Source of the DNA: Styela clava
Lineage: Eukaryota
Direction: 5' to 3'
Assembly: GCF_964204865.1 (NCBI RefSeq)
Contig: NC_135252.1
Coordinates: 17,794,001 to 17,858,000 of the forward strand
Length of the DNA stretch: 64,000 nt
Shown: positions 61,801 to 64,000 of the stretch, piece after piece
Layout: every line of letters begins with the position of its first letter
Position numbering within the stretch: the first letter of the stretch is position 1
Program-made: the position numbers and the translations under genes
The notes under the pieces: generated by a model
What the model was told of the DNA's origin: nothing
Seen by the model: only the letters and a program-made list of their open reading frames with translations
Database searches by the model: none

Positions 61801-62892
61801 GCCGTTTTTTTTCATTAACCTGAACTTATTAAATCAAAAAAATATCTTGAATTACAGTCTATATAAATGTGCTTAATGCAAAATAAATAAATCAATTTGC
61901 CAATATATTTTTGTTCCTTTTATTGTTCTGTGTTTTCTTTGTTCCATGTAATTCATGACATTCCATCACATTTTGGATAATATATTTTCATTATTGATTT
62001 TCTTTTTTTCCAAAGGCGTAAAACTGGTGCGTTCAAAACATCTAAGACCAGCAATAGTCCTCATAAGATATTTTCAAGCAAGTACGGACTCCGGGAAACA
62101 GACAAGCGATTGAACAGGTTGCGACGATCGAAAGATAAATCTCCCTCAGTTGAGAGTTCAGTGAATAAGCGGGATCCGTCACCACTCAGCGACTATGAAT
62201 ATATTCCATCAATAAGCGAGTGCGGGAGTTACGATTCGGATTCTAATTCTACCAATTCAGTATCTTCAGAAGATACATTTATGGGAATGAAATGGAATAA
62301 ACAAGCTTTTCGAACTAAAAATAATAAGAAATCTGGATCTAGAAAACGACCGCAGGATGATAAAATTGAGGAATGTTTGAGTAATGCATTTAAAAAAGGA
62401 AAAAGGGATGTCTACAATTCGTCAAAATTGAACAATTTGCGATTTGTGCAAATGACAAATGCAAAAACTCAAGCGGGGCAGGTTCCTAACCGAGAAAACC
62501 GTGTGGGTGACTTTGTTACTGGAAATGCCCCCAATATGGATGACGATGTTCAAGCACCTGCCATGGTGTCACCTCCGGTGCTTACAGAGCCGACAACAGT
62601 AACAAGACGCCGAAGGCGAAAATGTACTCCTGTTAAATTATGTGCATACTCGGCACGTTCTTACGAACCCACAAGTGAAGTTATGGTGCAAAAATTCAGT
62701 CAAGCCCCCTCCGTTATGCCAGTTGTTCTGCCACTCAAAATCAGCATACGACGTCCACTGCACAGAGACCAACCGACAATCGCTCAGATAATTAATCAAC
62801 CTCAATCTAAACTGCCATGTTATAACACCTATGCAAAGTTCACTGACAAGACACGATCAGCTTCACCGAAAAGACGAAGTCCGCGGTTCTGA
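58893..62892 (+). CDS. KMT5B: SUV4-20 histone H4K20 methyltransferase (KMT5B/KMT5C family), 545 aa; join(58893..59053,59582..59732,60027..60151,60729..60895,61354..61510,62016..62892)
   Basis: [30 protein letters not shown]; SET domain [10 protein letters not shown]...[32 protein letters not shown]...[13 protein letters not shown]; post-[19 protein letters not shown]; [15 protein letters not shown]. All GT-AG, phases consistent (1638 nt). Confidence 0.94.
61609..61803. mobile_element. Merlin-like MITE, related subfamily (copy 4), in Suv4-20 intron
   Basis: GGTACTCC...GGAGCGCC termini; colinear with 37414-37635; flanked by T-run TSD (7/8 match). Confidence 0.75.
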
Positions 62893-64000
62893 GAAAAGTC
62901 AAAAGAAGGTCTGTTGTTTGGTTGTGTATTATAATGATTGAAAGATAAGAGTAGCTGGGAAGCAACACGAGACTCTGTGATGACAGGCAAATGAAGGGGA
63001 ATGTTATCTCGATTTTTTATGTAGAATGAAGATGGGGCTGAATGGTGTCCTCCAATCTCTGGCTTTGGTATGTGTAATACGGTACTATGAGATGGTGCGA
63101 CATCAAAGTTTTTGTGTCGAGTTGATTATTTAGTGTCCGAATAGTCGAAGTTAAATCCTTTGATAAATTACATAGTTTCAGAGTCATTCGAGTTTGTTCA
63201 AATAGAAAATTCCGATAATTACATGCAGATTCTTTAGATTCACTGATTTGAAAATGAGTAATTTTCAGAAATAAATTTCTGCTTAAGAATTCCCCTCTTA
63301 ATATATCCTACATATTTTGTGTTACATTCATACTAGTTGGGTCCTCTGTATTTTACAGATCGACCCCCAATAAAAATAATCACTTCTTTGTATCAGAGTT
63401 TGATTGGTTTAGGCACGAATCATGCTTTTGACTTCTTATACATAGATGGTATGATTGATGTACCAATTTTGATTTCTTGTTTTGAAACTTTAGGGTGAAT
63501 GATGGAATGTAATTAATCCCTGATTTTTGTATCTGCTTATAAATAGGAAAATTCTTGGTTCTTATTATGACCAACATCTATTTTGTTACTTCGATTACTA
63601 CTGTGCGACTGCTTTTTCAAGCTTATTCTTTTGTTTTTAAATTCTAGGACGAGGTCGCGATTCCAAACGTTCAAATAAATAAAAAATCACCTCGAATACC
63701 GCCTTTTTGAGCATGGAGTGATATTTTTTGGTATTGTGTGAGCGAGGAGACTAAGGCTGAGGGGGAATCTGTGTCTTGGGTTTTGAATTATTTGGTTTTT
63801 GTCTATGTGTAGGGTTCGAAAGGGGATTTTTTGACCTAAGAAACCGGTTTTCCATGGTTGGGAATATTCAGCCTCTTTGCAACCTGTAATCTTGTCGAGA
63901 ATACATTTAGACCGGTTATGTGGCCTGAAGCATTATGTTTGGCCCCTTGTTCTTGGAGAAGGCTGTGAAAATTTCAAACAACGGTGAGCTCCTAGTCCCG

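Overview
AT-rich, intron-rich animal genomic DNA, most likely an ascidian/tunicate (inferred from protein sequences, intron style and repeats; species not provable here). I assembled four spliced genes by hand, with frames checked across every junction: (1) a BCL6 orthologue (+, 7107-14219, 13 coding exons, 897 aa) with a ~185-aa acidic extension before the BTB domain, a PIDLT CtBP-type motif and only four zinc fingers; (2) MEF2 (+, 28020-40291, 10 coding exons, 459 aa) with probable non-coding exons back to ~20.4 kb; (3) an HSPB1/HSP27-type small heat-shock protein (-, 47098-43599, 4 exons, 203 aa, one GC-AG intron); (4) a SUV4-20/KMT5B-C H4K20 methyltransferase (+, 58893-62892, 6 exons, 545 aa). 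Non-coding space holds many non-autonomous DNA transposons with clean TSDs: a 2.76-kb Academ-type deletion derivative, a Merlin-like MITE family carrying TTAGGG telomere-type motifs, hAT MITEs, a nested insertion cluster, a Helentron/DINE-1-like element and a probable LINE relic. The most interesting signals are the BCL6 architecture, a possible Mef2 control circuit (clustered MEF2 sites and CRE palindromes plus an overlapping uORF), a sharp CpG step inside Mef2, and the Academ element with a duplicated end and a decayed hammerhead-like motif. I found nothing I can call a wholly new biological system. Most short ORFs in the supplied track are spurious.
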